Shown here piece by piece: positions 20,441 to 29,188 of a stretch of DNA of 40,147 nucleotides; positions within the stretch are counted from its first letter, which is position 1; the number at the start of each line of letters is the position of its first letter. A program made the translations under genes and the position numbers. The DNA is from Thermoproteota archaeon. Lineage in GTDB: Archaea > Korarchaeota > Korarchaeia > Korarchaeales > Korarchaeaceae. Below the pieces are notes generated by a model. It was not told where the DNA came from, did not search any database, and saw nothing but the letters and a program-made list of their open reading frames with translations. The stretch spans positions 1-40,147 of the forward strand of contig JAOZFH010000020.1 in the NCBI GenBank assembly GCA_027491415.1, in the 5' to 3' direction.

Positions 20441-20753
20441 GATCGTGAGAAACTGGAGGGAGTGGATCCCCGGCCTGGTAGAGGCCGCGAGGGATGCCCT
20501 CGGGGAGGGCGTCGAGGTATACGTCTTCGGCGCCGCTGCGGAGGGGAGGCTGACGGCCGCGAGCGACGTGGACGTGCTGGTCGTCGTGGACGACCCGCCC
20601 CAAGACTTCTTCGAACTCGAGAGGTTGAAGGAGGAGCTGGAGAGGCGAGCGGGCCTCCCGAGGAGGCACCCCTTTGAGATCCACCTGGTCGGACGGGAGG
20701 AGGCCGAGTTCTACCTGAGGGGGCTCGGGGTGACCGCCCTTAGGGTGGCCTGA
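20403..20753 (+). CDS. Minimal nucleotidyltransferase (MNT) antitoxin
   Basis: VYVFGAAAEG...SDVDVLVVV, PFEIHLV; overlaps the HEPN gene. Confidence 0.88.
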   Translation: MPRGVRKRLQRAEIVRNWREWIPGLVEAARDALGEGVEVYVFGAAAEGRLTAASDVDVLVVVDDPPQDFFELERLKEELERRAGLPRRHPFEIHLVGREEAEFYLRGLGVTALRVA

Positions 20754-20808
20754 CCCGCCAGCTCGAGGGATTTTTATCCCGGCCCCGCGCGGGGGCGCCA
20801 CGCCCGTC

Positions 20809-21113
20809 ATGAGGATCTGGCACGGCAGAGTTCCCCTGCGGAGGGCGGACTAGTACGAGAGGTTCCTGATCGAGAGGGCCGCACCGGACTACGCGTCAGT
20901 CGGTCGAGGGCCTTCCTCAGGCTCTACTTCACCCGGAGGGACGAGGGCGACGTGGCCCACTTCCTCCTGGTCACGGTCTGGGACTCGATGGAGTCTGTGA
21001 GGAGGTTCGCCGGGGGCGACCCGGAGCTGGCAAAGTACTACCCGGAGGACGACGAGTTCCTGCTGGAGAAGGGGGAGCGGGTCTCCATGTACAGGGTGTT
21101 CTACGAGCGGTAG
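20809..21113 (+). pseudogene. ABM-type (antibiotic biosynthesis monooxygenase fold) protein, disrupted
   Basis: MRIWHGRVPLRRAD*YERFL..RAAPDY, net frameshift, then LRLYFTRRDEGDVAHFLLVTVWDSMESVRRFAG...AKYYPEDDEFLLE. Confidence 0.75.
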
Positions 21114-21189
21114 CCTCCAGGCGAGATGGGCTCGAACTGGGCCTTGGGGGGCGAGGCCTCCGCCAGCCGGGCGGGGTGGTGAGGGCTTA

Positions 21190-21430
21190 GGGGCTGGGAG
21201 CCGCATCCTCGCGGTCCTGTCGACTGGCTGGATCCCCTGCTTCCACTCGGAGGCGATGTTCTCGTCAAGGCGGAGGTCCCTATGCGAGCTCGGGCTATTC
21301 GTCTCTGACGCGCTGGTCCTCGCCTCCTCCATGGTCGGGAGGTGAGGGCCGACCTCATCACGGAGTACTCTCACCTGCTAGCGGAGAGGGTGAGGAGAGT
21401 TCGCGGAGGAGAGGAGAGCGAGGGTTCTCG
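21190..21430 (+). pseudogene. Degraded PIN (VapC-like) domain remnant
   Basis: Fragments in shifting frames, ELGLFVSDALVLASS and ADLITEYSHLL, resemble the PIN DAxxxA and LxTxD motifs. Confidence 0.42.
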
Positions 21431-21857
21431 GCCAGGCCGACCCACGAACCGTTGGATCCAGGGCTCTGGCTCGGACGACCGTGGACTGGCTGAGGCCCAC
21501 CCTGGGAAATCGCTGGAGACGCCCAGGCTTCGCTGGGTGCCACACGGCCGCGGCGCGCCGGACTCCCCCTCAGGGTCGCACGTCGGAGCAGTCGGGGGAC
21601 GGCCGGCTCCCGGGTTCTCTCGTGGGGGCCCTGAACGGGTTCTCCATGCGGCTGGCGAGGCCGTCCCCCTTGTGCAGGGGCCGGCGCGACGGGGCGTATA
21701 AACCTTCCCTCAGAACGGGGTGACGAGTCCTAGGGGCTGCCCTCCCCCCATCCATTCCCAACGGGCCTGCTCTCCCGGTAACCGAGGAATTCCCAAAGTC
21801 GGTTCTTGATCGCTCAGCTTTTAGGCTATCCCTCGCACAAGCCCCGGGGCATTCCCC

Positions 21858-22421
21858 TTGACCAAGAAGGTCCTCATAGTGGCGGGTGATGCCGTAGAGG
21901 CGCAAGAGCTGTTCTACCCCTACTGGAGGCTCAAGGAGGAGGGGTTCGAGGTTCACGTGGCCGCCCCCAGCAAGAAGACCCTCATGACGGTCGTCCACGA
22001 CTTCGAGCCGGGCTGGGAGACCTACACCGAGAAGCCGGGCTACAGGTTCACCTGGGTCGACAAGGAGTTCAGGGAGGTCGACCCGGAGGAGTACGATGGC
22101 CTAGTGATCCCCGGAGGCCGAGCGCCCGAGTACATAAGGCTGAACCCGGACCTGGAGAGGATCGTCAGGCACTTCATGGAGAGGAGGAAGCCCGTGGCGG
22201 CAATATGCCACGGCCCCCTGGTGCTCACGGCCTACAGGCTGATCGAGCCCGGGATGAACGTGACCTCCTACGTGGCGGTGTCGCCGGACCTCAAGGCCGC
22301 CGGCGCCAGCTGGCACGACAGGGAGGTCGTGGTCTGCAGGGATCACCTGGTGACCGCCAGGGCCTGGCCCGACCTGCCTGCGTGGATGAGGGAGTTCATA
22401 AGGCTGCTCAAGGGGCGGTGA
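21858..22421 (+). CDS. pfpI: DJ-1/PfpI family protein (deglycase / intracellular protease)
   Basis: VEAQELFYP, EYDGLVIPGGRAPEYIR, AAICHGP, VTARAWPD. Confidence 0.93.
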   Translation: MTKKVLIVAGDAVEAQELFYPYWRLKEEGFEVHVAAPSKKTLMTVVHDFEPGWETYTEKPGYRFTWVDKEFREVDPEEYDGLVIPGGRAPEYIRLNPDLERIVRHFMERRKPVAAICHGPLVLTAYRLIEPGMNVTSYVAVSPDLKAAGASWHDREVVVCRDHLVTARAWPDLPAWMREFIRLLKGR

Positions 22422-22557
22422 GCCTCCCCATTCCACCTTTTTTTGGGACTCCGATCTCGGGGGGCTGCCCCCGGTGGGACGCCCGGGGGAGCCGGAGCGA
22501 CGAGGGCAGCCCAGCCCGTGTGCCCCCCGGGTCTGATGAATGGTCCGAGTCGCCGGA

Positions 22558-23325
22558 TCAGACCTCTCGCCCCAGGATGAGTTCCACCCCCTCCTCTCTG
22601 GCCCTCCTCCTGAGCCTCCTGGCCACCTCCTTGGGGGCCGTGACTACCACGAGGATGACCCTGTCGGGCGCCCTGCCGTACTCCTCCTCGACCGCCCTAA
22701 CCTTCCTTAGGAGCTTCTGCAGCTCCTCCTCGCTCTCGGCGTGTGCCGTGACCTCCCCAACTATGAGGGGCTCCTCCAGGAACAGGTTGATCTGCTCACC
22801 ACGGACCGTGGCCTCCCTGAGCTCTGCGCCCTCGGGAATCTCTCCCGCAAGCATCCTCGACAGGAAGGCCCTCACGAAGTCCTCCAGGGTGTCCCCCGCG
22901 AACCTCCTGAGCCTGTCGAAGCCGTAGAGGACGGAACTCCTGAAGCTCTCGTACTGGTCCCAGAGCCTCCGCTGAGACCTCCTGAGCTCGACGATCTCCC
23001 TCATCATCTGGTTGAAGTCCTCCCTCAGCCTCCCTATCTCCTCCCAAGTCCTCGCCTGCTCCTCCCTGAGCCTCTCTATCTCCCTCCACGTCTTGGCCTG
23101 CTCCTCCCTCATCTGGTTGAAGTCCTCCCTCAGGGCCCCGATCTCCCTCCAGACCTTCGCCTGCTCCTCCCTGATCAGGCGGATCTCCCTGAGGATCTCC
23201 TCGAACCTCCTGTCATGCTCCTCCAGCCTCTCAAGTATCTCCCTGTATCCCAGGAGCCCCGCCACGGCCAGCCTGAACTCTCTGTCGGTCTCCAGCCTCC
23301 TCAGGAGTTCGTCAGTTATTCCCAT
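22558..23325 (-). CDS. Coiled-coil repeat protein with C-terminal PD-(D/E)xK-like domain (DUF3782/DUF1626-like)
   Basis: LETDREFRLAVAGLLGY N-terminus, heptad repeats, C-terminal IVGEVT..AES...KL...RRAREEGVELI. Confidence 0.8.
   Translation of the reverse strand: MGITDELLRRLETDREFRLAVAGLLGYREILERLEEHDRRFEEILREIRLIREEQAKVWREIGALREDFNQMREEQAKTWREIERLREEQARTWEEIGRLREDFNQMMREIVELRRSQRRLWDQYESFRSSVLYGFDRLRRFAGDTLEDFVRAFLSRMLAGEIPEGAELREATVRGEQINLFLEEPLIVGEVTAHAESEEELQKLLRKVRAVEEEYGRAPDRVILVVVTAPKEVARRLRRRAREEGVELILGREV
22995..23200. repeat. Intragenic tandem coiled-coil repeats
   Basis: REEQA(K/R)xW(R/E)EI occurs three times and LREDFNQM twice; CTGGTTGAAGTCCTCCCTCAG is duplicated at the DNA level. 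Confidence 0.8.
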
Positions 23326-23643
23326 CCGTCGATTCGGGGCCTCCCCCGGTATTTAAGTTGGGGCTGGGACACCCTCTCGGGTCGGTCGAGGGGGACCGGG
23401 GGGCCGCCGGCTCGGGCGGCGGCCGCGAGACTCGGCCCATCTAGATTCGCCCGAATATTCAGATCCGAGCGGGCTGGGCCGACCCGGCCATCGGACCCCG
23501 CACGAGTTCGCCGCTGGCCGGGCCACAGCGCCCTATCGTGAGGCCCGGGTCGCGAGCTCTCACCTCTTCGAAGTCCCAACGCCCCCGCCGGCCTCCTGGA
23601 CGGAGGCCGGCGGCCGTTCAGGTCTCCCCGGCGTTCCTCAGGG

Positions 23644-24453
23644 TCACCCCTCCGCCGGCAGCGGCGGCGCGGATTTCGGGGCGGGCGCCCCCTCCCCGGC
23701 GGACCTCCTCGCCATCTCGATGAGCCTGGCCACCCTCTCCTCCACGCCGGGGTGCCAGGAGAACGCCCTCCTCAAGGATCCAAGCCTGCCCCTCCTGTCA
23801 GACGCGGCCAGGAGGAGGCTCTTCACCGTCCACCTTACCGCCCTGGGCGACTCCGGCAGCCCTCCCCTGTAGGCCATGGCCACCTTGACGAGGGCGCTCG
23901 CCAGGTCCAAGGGCCTCCCCGAGGCCATCGCCCCCTCCTCGTCCGCCCTGAACTCCAGCCACCTGCAGACCGCGGCCCCCAGGAGGGTCCCGAGGGGTAT
24001 GTTCAGCACGCCCTCAACGGCCGCGAACACCCTGAGGAGGGGGTGCCTTCCAGCCACGTGGGCCACCTCGTGGGCCAGAACGGCACGGATCTCGTCGGGC
24101 GTGAGGAGCCTCAGCATCCCCCCAGTCACCAGGACTAGGTACTTGCCCGGGCCCAGGAAGAGCGTCAGTGAGTTCGGCTCGTCATCCCTCAGGACGCCCA
24201 GCTCCACCTCCTGGCCCGCCCCTAGCGCCGACCTCAGGGACTCCAGCTCCCTGGAGAGGCCCTCGGGCGGGGGGTCCACGAAGTCCCTCAGCTGCCCCGA
24301 GGCCAGCCTCCCGCTCAGCACGCTCCAGGCCGCCCCAGCCGCGGCGAGCGACCCCAGGAACGCGGCTGCCCAGGCGTTCCTGAAGTATAGGGCGAGGCCG
24401 ATGGTGGCGGCCAGCGGCGAGAGGGCCGCGAGCGCCCCGAGGGCGCGGGTCAC
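23644..24453 (-). CDS. Membrane zinc metalloprotease, M48/M56 (HtpX/BlaR1-like)
   Basis: N-terminal TMs, AVLAHEVAHV (HExxH), EFRADE, LASALVK, HPGVEER; translationally coupled to the BlaI-like gene. Confidence 0.88.
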   Translation of the reverse strand: MTRALGALAALSPLAATIGLALYFRNAWAAAFLGSLAAAGAAWSVLSGRLASGQLRDFVDPPPEGLSRELESLRSALGAGQEVELGVLRDDEPNSLTLFLGPGKYLVLVTGGMLRLLTPDEIRAVLAHEVAHVAGRHPLLRVFAAVEGVLNIPLGTLLGAAVCRWLEFRADEEGAMASGRPLDLASALVKVAMAYRGGLPESPRAVRWTVKSLLLAASDRRGRLGSLRRAFSWHPGVEERVARLIEMARRSAGEGAPAPKSAPPLPAEG

Positions 24454-24860
24454 CCTCGACTGCCCTCCCCCACGGAGGACCTCTCCGCCTCTATCCTCCT
24501 GAGGATCTCTCTGAGCTCCTCTGGGCTGAGGTGAACGGCTCCCTCCTCTATTAGCTTGACCAGACCGGGCCTTCCGAGCGTGTTCACCACTCTCTTGATC
24601 GCGTCCCGGGCCACGCTCCTCTCGTACTCCTCCCTGCTGACCCTGGGCCTGTAGACGTAGTACACCCCTCCCCTGCCGGTCCTGAACTCCCGCTCCACGA
24701 GTCCCTTCCCGTGAAGTCTGGAGAGCACGGTGCCGACGGTCGTGAGCGAGAGAGGCCTCTCCCGGCTCAGCTCCTCGAAGACCTCCCTGACGGTCGCCGA
24801 CCCCCTCTTGAACAGGACGTCCATGACCCTGGGCTCGAGCGGCTCCCTCCTCCTCGGCAA
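24450..24860 (-). CDS. BlaI/MecI/CopY-family transcriptional repressor
   Basis: LEPRVMDVL...ATVREVFEEL...LSLTTVGTVLSRLHGKGLVER...YVYRPRVSREEY. Confidence 0.92.
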   Translation of the reverse strand: MPRRREPLEPRVMDVLFKRGSATVREVFEELSRERPLSLTTVGTVLSRLHGKGLVEREFRTGRGGVYYVYRPRVSREEYERSVARDAIKRVVNTLGRPGLVKLIEEGAVHLSPEELREILRRIEAERSSVGEGSRG

Positions 24861-24871
24861 CCTACCCCCAT

Positions 24872-24925
24872 CTACGACATGATGTAAGGACGTTTAAATA
24901 TTTCCCCGCTTCTACATTGTGTAGT
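24872..24925. promoter_or_regulatory. Putative BlaI-type operators in the divergent promoter
   Basis: CTACGACATGATGTAAG (24872-24888) and CTACATTGTGTAG (24912-24924, TACA-N3-TGTA) flank a TTTAAATA box. Confidence 0.6.
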
Positions 24926-24946
24926 TTATTCCGCGGGGTGGTGGTG

Positions 24947-25141
24947 GTGAGCTTAGCCGAGGTGGTCAGGCTCCTGCTCCCCGTGATAGCCCTCCAAGTC
25001 GCGCTTCAAGTCTACAGCCTCTATCTGATCGTCAGGCGGTCCGAGTGGGGTCTCGGGACGAAGGTGAAGTGGTCCGTGGTCGTCATCGCCTTGGGGGTCC
25101 TCGGTGTCTTGGCGTTCCTGTTCCTGGGGAGGAGGCGGTGA
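24947..25141 (+). CDS. Small two-TM PLDc_N (YxlE-like) membrane protein, putative immunity factor
   Basis: LLLPVIALQVALQVYSLYLIVRR...KVKWSVVVIALGVLGVLAFLFLGRRR matches the PLDc_N pattern; start placed at GTG after a GGGGTGG RBS. Confidence 0.75.
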   Translation: MSLAEVVRLLLPVIALQVALQVYSLYLIVRRSEWGLGTKVKWSVVVIALGVLGVLAFLFLGRRR

Positions 25142-26113
25142 ATGGACGGGGGCGTCCTGGTGGAGGGTCTCGTTAAGGTCTACGGGGAGATAGAGGCCGT
25201 GAGGGACGTCTCCTTCGACGTCGAACCGGGGGAGGTGATGGGGCTACTCGGCCCCAACGGGGCCGGCAAGACCACCACCATGAGGGTACTCGCCTCCGTC
25301 ATCAGGCCAACGGCCGGCAGGGCCATAGTGAACGGGGCGGACGTTGTCAGGGAGAGGGACAGGGTCAGGAGGTCGGTGGGCTATCTCCCCGAGAGGTCGG
25401 GCCTGCCCGCGAGGATGACCGGCGAGAGGTACCTGACGATGTTCGCGAGGCTGCACGGCCTGGCGGACCCGGAGGGCAGGGCCAGGGAGGTGGCCAGGGA
25501 GCTCGGCATCTCCGACAGGTTGGGCTCCAAGTTGGGATCCCTCTCGAAGGGTCTAAAGAGGAGGGTGGCCATAGCCAGGGCCCTCGTCCACGACCCGCCC
25601 GTCCTGCTCCTGGACGAGCCCACGTCCGGCCTGGACCCAATCAGCAGGGCCCAGGTGCTGGACCTCATAGCCCGGCAGGCTGCGGAGGGGAAGGCGGTCC
25701 TGGTCTCATCCCACGTCCTGTCGGAGATGGAGAGGATCTGCACGAGGGTATGCCTCATCTCCCGGGGCAGGGTGCTCGCGCGGGGACCCCTCGACGAGGT
25801 TAGGTCCTCGGCCGGGAGGCCGGTGCTCAGGCTCAGGGCGCGGATGGCGGGAGACCTAGTTCCGCTCCTGGAGGCCGCCCTGCGGGAAGCCAGGCTCGCG
25901 GTCAGGCTAAGGGACCTGAACGGGGTCGTCGAGGTGGATCCGATAGGGGGGCCCGGCGACCTGCGGTCGGCGGCCGCGGTCGTCCTGAGGCGCCTCTTGG
26001 ATGAGGGGGTGGTGCCGGACCTGTTCGAGATCCACAGGCCGACGCTGGAGGAGGCGTTCGTGGCGCTCGTGGGGGGAGCGGCCCGTGCGGGGGATCTGGG
26101 CGCTGCTGGGTGA
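25142..26113 (+). CDS. ABC-2 type exporter ATP-binding subunit 1
   Basis: GPNGAGKTT, LSKG, LLLDEPTSGLD, SSH. Confidence 0.95.
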   Translation: MDGGVLVEGLVKVYGEIEAVRDVSFDVEPGEVMGLLGPNGAGKTTTMRVLASVIRPTAGRAIVNGADVVRERDRVRRSVGYLPERSGLPARMTGERYLTMFARLHGLADPEGRAREVARELGISDRLGSKLGSLSKGLKRRVAIARALVHDPPVLLLDEPTSGLDPISRAQVLDLIARQAAEGKAVLVSSHVLSEMERICTRVCLISRGRVLARGPLDEVRSSAGRPVLRLRARMAGDLVPLLEAALREARLAVRLRDLNGVVEVDPIGGPGDLRSAAAVVLRRLLDEGVVPDLFEIHRPTLEEAFVALVGGAARAGDLGAAG

Positions 26114-26837
26114 GGAGCTGAGGCTCTCGGCACAGAGGGCCGTCTGGACCGCCGCGGCCCTCTCCTTCTTCGGGATGGCCGGGGTTGCCGCACTGAAGAT
26201 GCTGCCCGAGCTGCTACCGGAGGGGGCCGTCCTTCCCGTTGAGATGACGGCCTCCGAGGCCGTCAGGGGCTACGTGAGGACCCTCTACCAGATAGGGTCC
26301 CTGGTGTCGGTCATGCTCGGGATGGACGTAGTCTCGGGGGAGGTGGAGGGTGGGACCCTTGAGCCGCTCCTCTCCGCGCCCGTGTCGGTGGGGTCCGTCT
26401 TCCTCGCCAAGCTGGCGGCCAGGCTGGCCGCCCTGGCCGCCGGGGTCGCGGCCTCCGCCGCGGTCACGTGGTGCTACGCCGTCAGCGTCTTCGGCCCCAC
26501 GGACCTGGCGAGGACCCTGGCGGCGTCGGCCTACGCCCTCCTACCCATCTCCTCGGGGGCGCTCTGCGCGGCGGGCGCCAGCGCCCTCTGTCGATCCCAG
26601 TCCTCCAGCGCCCTCCTCGGCGCAGCCGCCACCCTGGGGCTATTCGCCGCCTCCAGGGTCGGCCCCCGCTGGTTGACCCCCTTCGGTCGGGCGGAGCTGG
26701 CCTACGAGATCCTGGACGGCGGGCTGGGCGGCCTGGCCCGGCCAATCGTCGAGACCTCGCTCGCCCTGCTGATCCTCCTCGCCGCCGACCTGGCGGCGCT
26801 CCTGGCGGCCGAGAGGATGGAGAGGTGGTGGGGATGA
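26085..26837 (+). CDS. ABC-2 type exporter permease 1
   Basis: Six TMs, VSGEVEGGTLEPLLSAPVS...FLAKL; start placed at GTG 26085. Confidence 0.88.
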   Translation: MRGIWALLGEELRLSAQRAVWTAAALSFFGMAGVAALKMLPELLPEGAVLPVEMTASEAVRGYVRTLYQIGSLVSVMLGMDVVSGEVEGGTLEPLLSAPVSVGSVFLAKLAARLAALAAGVAASAAVTWCYAVSVFGPTDLARTLAASAYALLPISSGALCAAGASALCRSQSSSALLGAAATLGLFAASRVGPRWLTPFGRAELAYEILDGGLGGLARPIVETSLALLILLAADLAALLAAERMERWWG

Positions 26838-27850
26838 TTGAGGTTAGCGGGCTCGTCAAGAGGTACGGCTCCGTCACGGCCATCGAGGGCGTGACCTTCT
26901 CGGTGGGGTCGGGGGAGGTGTTCGGCCTCCTCGGCCCCAACGGGGCCGGCAAGACCACCACCATGAGGATAATCTGCTGCGTGATACCCCCTGACGCGGG
27001 GTCCGTCGTCGTGGCGGGAGTAGACGCCCTTAGGGACCCGTCGAGGGCCAAGCAGTCCATCGGATACCTGCCCGAGGTCCCGTCGGTCTACAGCCGGCTT
27101 ACCGTCAGGGAGAACCTCGAGTTCTTCGCCAGGCTGTACGGGGTACCCGGCGGAGAGGCTGAGCCGAGGGTCTCTCGGCTCCTGAGGTTCTTCTCGCTGG
27201 AGGAAAGGGCGGATCAGCTGGCCTCGAGGCTGTCCAAGGGGCTGAGGCAGAGGCTGGCCATAGCCAGGGCCCTCGTCCACGACCCGCCCGTCCTGCTCCT
27301 GGACGAGCCCACGTCCGGCCTGGACCCGATAAGCGCCAGGGAGGTCAGGGACCTGGTGGTGAGGGTGGCCAGGGAGGAGGGGAAGACCGTCCTCCTCTCC
27401 ACTCACAACCTATTCGAGGCGGAGCAGGTCTGCGACAGGGTCGCGATAATAAGGAGGACGATCCTCGCCGTGGGGAGGCCGAGGGAACTCGCCGAGAGGG
27501 CCTCGATTAGGGTCCCGGTGAGGGTGGCCCTGGCCAACCCCTCGGAGGGGCTGGTGAGGGTGGCCCTCTCGGTCCAGGGGGTGACCTCCGCCAAGCTGGA
27601 GTCCGGAGAGCTCGTCGCGGAGCTTGAGGGGGATCCGGACTCGGTGGTGCCCGAGCTCAGCGCGGCCCTGGTCGCGGCGGGAGCCAAGATACTGTCGATC
27701 CGCCGAACCTCGTCGCTGGAGGAGGCGTTCATCTCGGTCGTCCGGGGCGGGCCGCGGGTGAGGTCCCGATCCGTCGGTGGTGGGGGGCGGGGCCCAGACG
27801 TGAACACGGGGACGGCCGAGATGTCTGGGGAGGGGGTGGTGCGGGCGTGA
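26834..27850 (+). CDS. ABC-2 type exporter ATP-binding subunit 2
   Basis: MIEVSGLVKRYG from ATG 26834; GPNGAGKTT, LSKG, LLLDEPTSGLD, STH. Confidence 0.95.
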   Translation: MIEVSGLVKRYGSVTAIEGVTFSVGSGEVFGLLGPNGAGKTTTMRIICCVIPPDAGSVVVAGVDALRDPSRAKQSIGYLPEVPSVYSRLTVRENLEFFARLYGVPGGEAEPRVSRLLRFFSLEERADQLASRLSKGLRQRLAIARALVHDPPVLLLDEPTSGLDPISAREVRDLVVRVAREEGKTVLLSTHNLFEAEQVCDRVAIIRRTILAVGRPRELAERASIRVPVRVALANPSEGLVRVALSVQGVTSAKLESGELVAELEGDPDSVVPELSAALVAAGAKILSIRRTSSLEEAFISVVRGGPRVRSRSVGGGGRGPDVNTGTAEMSGEGVVRA

Positions 27851-28665
27851 TCAGGTGGTCGAGGGTTCTGTGCGTCCTGACGAAGGACTGGAGGGAGTTC
27901 TCTAGGAGCGGTTGGCTGGTCGGGACCGCCCTGGCGCTGACGGTCTACTTCGGCGTCGTCCTGCCGGCCATAATCGTGTTCGGGGCCAGGATCTCTGGCG
28001 GCGCCGTCGTCCCCATATCGATACCCGTCAGGCTCGGGGACCTGCCCCTTCCCGCGGCTCCCGAGGGGCTGGACGAGGTGGCTAGGTCTGTCTACGCGGC
28101 CTTCTCTCTGATCGTCCCCCCGCTCTTCCTGGTGATCCCCCTGGCGGTGTCGACCGTGATGGCGGCGGACAGCTTCGCCGGCGAGAGGGAGAGGGGGACT
28201 ATAGAGGTCCTCTTGGCCGCCCCGCTCACCGAGAGGGAGCTCTTCCTGGCCAAGGCCCTCGCGTCCCTGACGCCGGGTGTGGCGGCCTCCTGGGGGGCCT
28301 TCGCGCTGATGGCCCTGGCGACCAACCTGATGTCGGCTGACATGTTCGGCGGGTGGTGGTTCCCGTCCGGCCCCGAGTGGTACGTGGTCGTCGCCCTCGT
28401 GTCCCCGCTCTACGCCTTCCTCGCAATATCCCTCATAGTGCTGGCCTCCTCCAGGGCTAGGAGCGCCAGGGAGGCTCAGCAGGCGTCCGCAATACTGGTG
28501 GCGCCCATCCTGGCGGCGGTGTTCGGCCAGGTCCTCGGGGGCTTCGCGATCGGCTTGGAGCACCTCTTGATCTCAGCAGCGGTCCTGGCGGGTCTGGACG
28601 CCGGGCTCGTCGCCCTCGCGCCGGGCAGGTTCTTCTCTGGGGTGAGGTACATGAGGGTCGATTAG
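27847..28665 (+). CDS. ABC-2 type exporter permease 2
   Basis: AADSFAGERERGTIEVLLAAPL..ELFLAK, REAQQ; six TMs. Confidence 0.92.
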   Translation: MIRWSRVLCVLTKDWREFSRSGWLVGTALALTVYFGVVLPAIIVFGARISGGAVVPISIPVRLGDLPLPAAPEGLDEVARSVYAAFSLIVPPLFLVIPLAVSTVMAADSFAGERERGTIEVLLAAPLTERELFLAKALASLTPGVAASWGAFALMALATNLMSADMFGGWWFPSGPEWYVVVALVSPLYAFLAISLIVLASSRARSAREAQQASAILVAPILAAVFGQVLGGFAIGLEHLLISAAVLAGLDAGLVALAPGRFFSGVRYMRVD

Positions 28666-28674
28666 CTTGTCCAC

Positions 28675-28721
28675 TTGTAGTAGCTACTACAAATTGTAAT
28701 AATGCTTATATTATGTCGTAG
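28675..28721. promoter_or_regulatory. AT-rich promoter/operator of the precursor peptide cassette
   Basis: Perfect palindrome TTGTAGTAGCTACTACAA (28675-28692), TACA-AAT-TGTA, and CTTATATTATGTCGTAG (28705-28721), which matches the reverse complement of 24872-24888 at 15/17. Confidence 0.65.
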
Positions 28722-28743
28722 GTTGACCTCCCCAGGTGGGAGC

Positions 28744-28875
28744 GTGGAGGTGTCCGGGTACACTCCCCCCGCCATGCTGAACCTGACCGGGACCGGGGAT
28801 CAGGGGGTCGCCGCGGCCGTGGTCGTCGTCATAGGAATCCTCCTCATCTGGCTGGCCATCGACCTGACCCCGTGA
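28744..28875 (+). CDS. RiPP precursor peptide A1 (43 aa)
   Basis: MEVSGYTPPAMLNLTGTGDQGVAAAVVVVIGILLIWLAIDLTP; AGGTGG RBS; an alternative in-frame TTG lies at 28723. Confidence 0.85.
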   Translation: MEVSGYTPPAMLNLTGTGDQGVAAAVVVVIGILLIWLAIDLTP

Positions 28876-28895
28876 GCCAAGCGAGGTGAGGGGAC

Positions 28896-29018
28896 TTGAG
28901 GACCTACACTCCACCAGCGCTGCTGAGCCTCTCTGGAGCGGTGGATCAGGGCGCGGTGGCGGCTGCCGTGGCCGTCATAGCGGCGGTGGCCCTGTGGCTC
29001 TGGCTCTGGGTCTACTGA
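28896..29018 (+). CDS. RiPP precursor peptide A2 (40 aa)
   Basis: MRTYTPPALLSLSGAVDQGAVAAAVAVIAAVALWLWLWVY; GAGGTGA RBS, TTG start. Confidence 0.88.
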   Translation: MRTYTPPALLSLSGAVDQGAVAAAVAVIAAVALWLWLWVY

Positions 29019-29044
29019 TGACGCGTACACCGGGGTGAAGTCCA

Positions 29045-29173
29045 GTGAGGGCCTACTCGCCTCCGACGATGCTGAACATAACGACCTCCGCGAACGTGGG
29101 CCTCGTGACGCCCACCGTGGCGGTGATCATCCAGGCGCTGGTGTGGGTCTACGTCTGGGTCTGGGCGACCTGA
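29045..29173 (+). CDS. RiPP precursor peptide A3 (42 aa)
   Basis: MRAYSPPTMLNITTSANVGLVTPTVAVIIQALVWVYVWVWAT; GGGGTGA RBS, GTG start. Confidence 0.88.
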   Translation: MRAYSPPTMLNITTSANVGLVTPTVAVIIQALVWVYVWVWAT

Positions 29174-29188
29174 GGGAGGCTCAAACGC

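Noticed and set aside
20851-20853. In-frame TAG in the ABM gene as pyrrolysine recoding
   Set aside because: The gene also has a frameshift, there are no pyl genes in the window, and GAG-to-TAG decay is simpler.
22445-22557. Inverted repeats and TGATGA between pfpI and the coiled-coil gene as a C/D box sRNA or MITE
   Set aside because: Box spacing does not fit a C/D guide, there is no second copy or target-site duplication, and it is likely a convergent terminator region.
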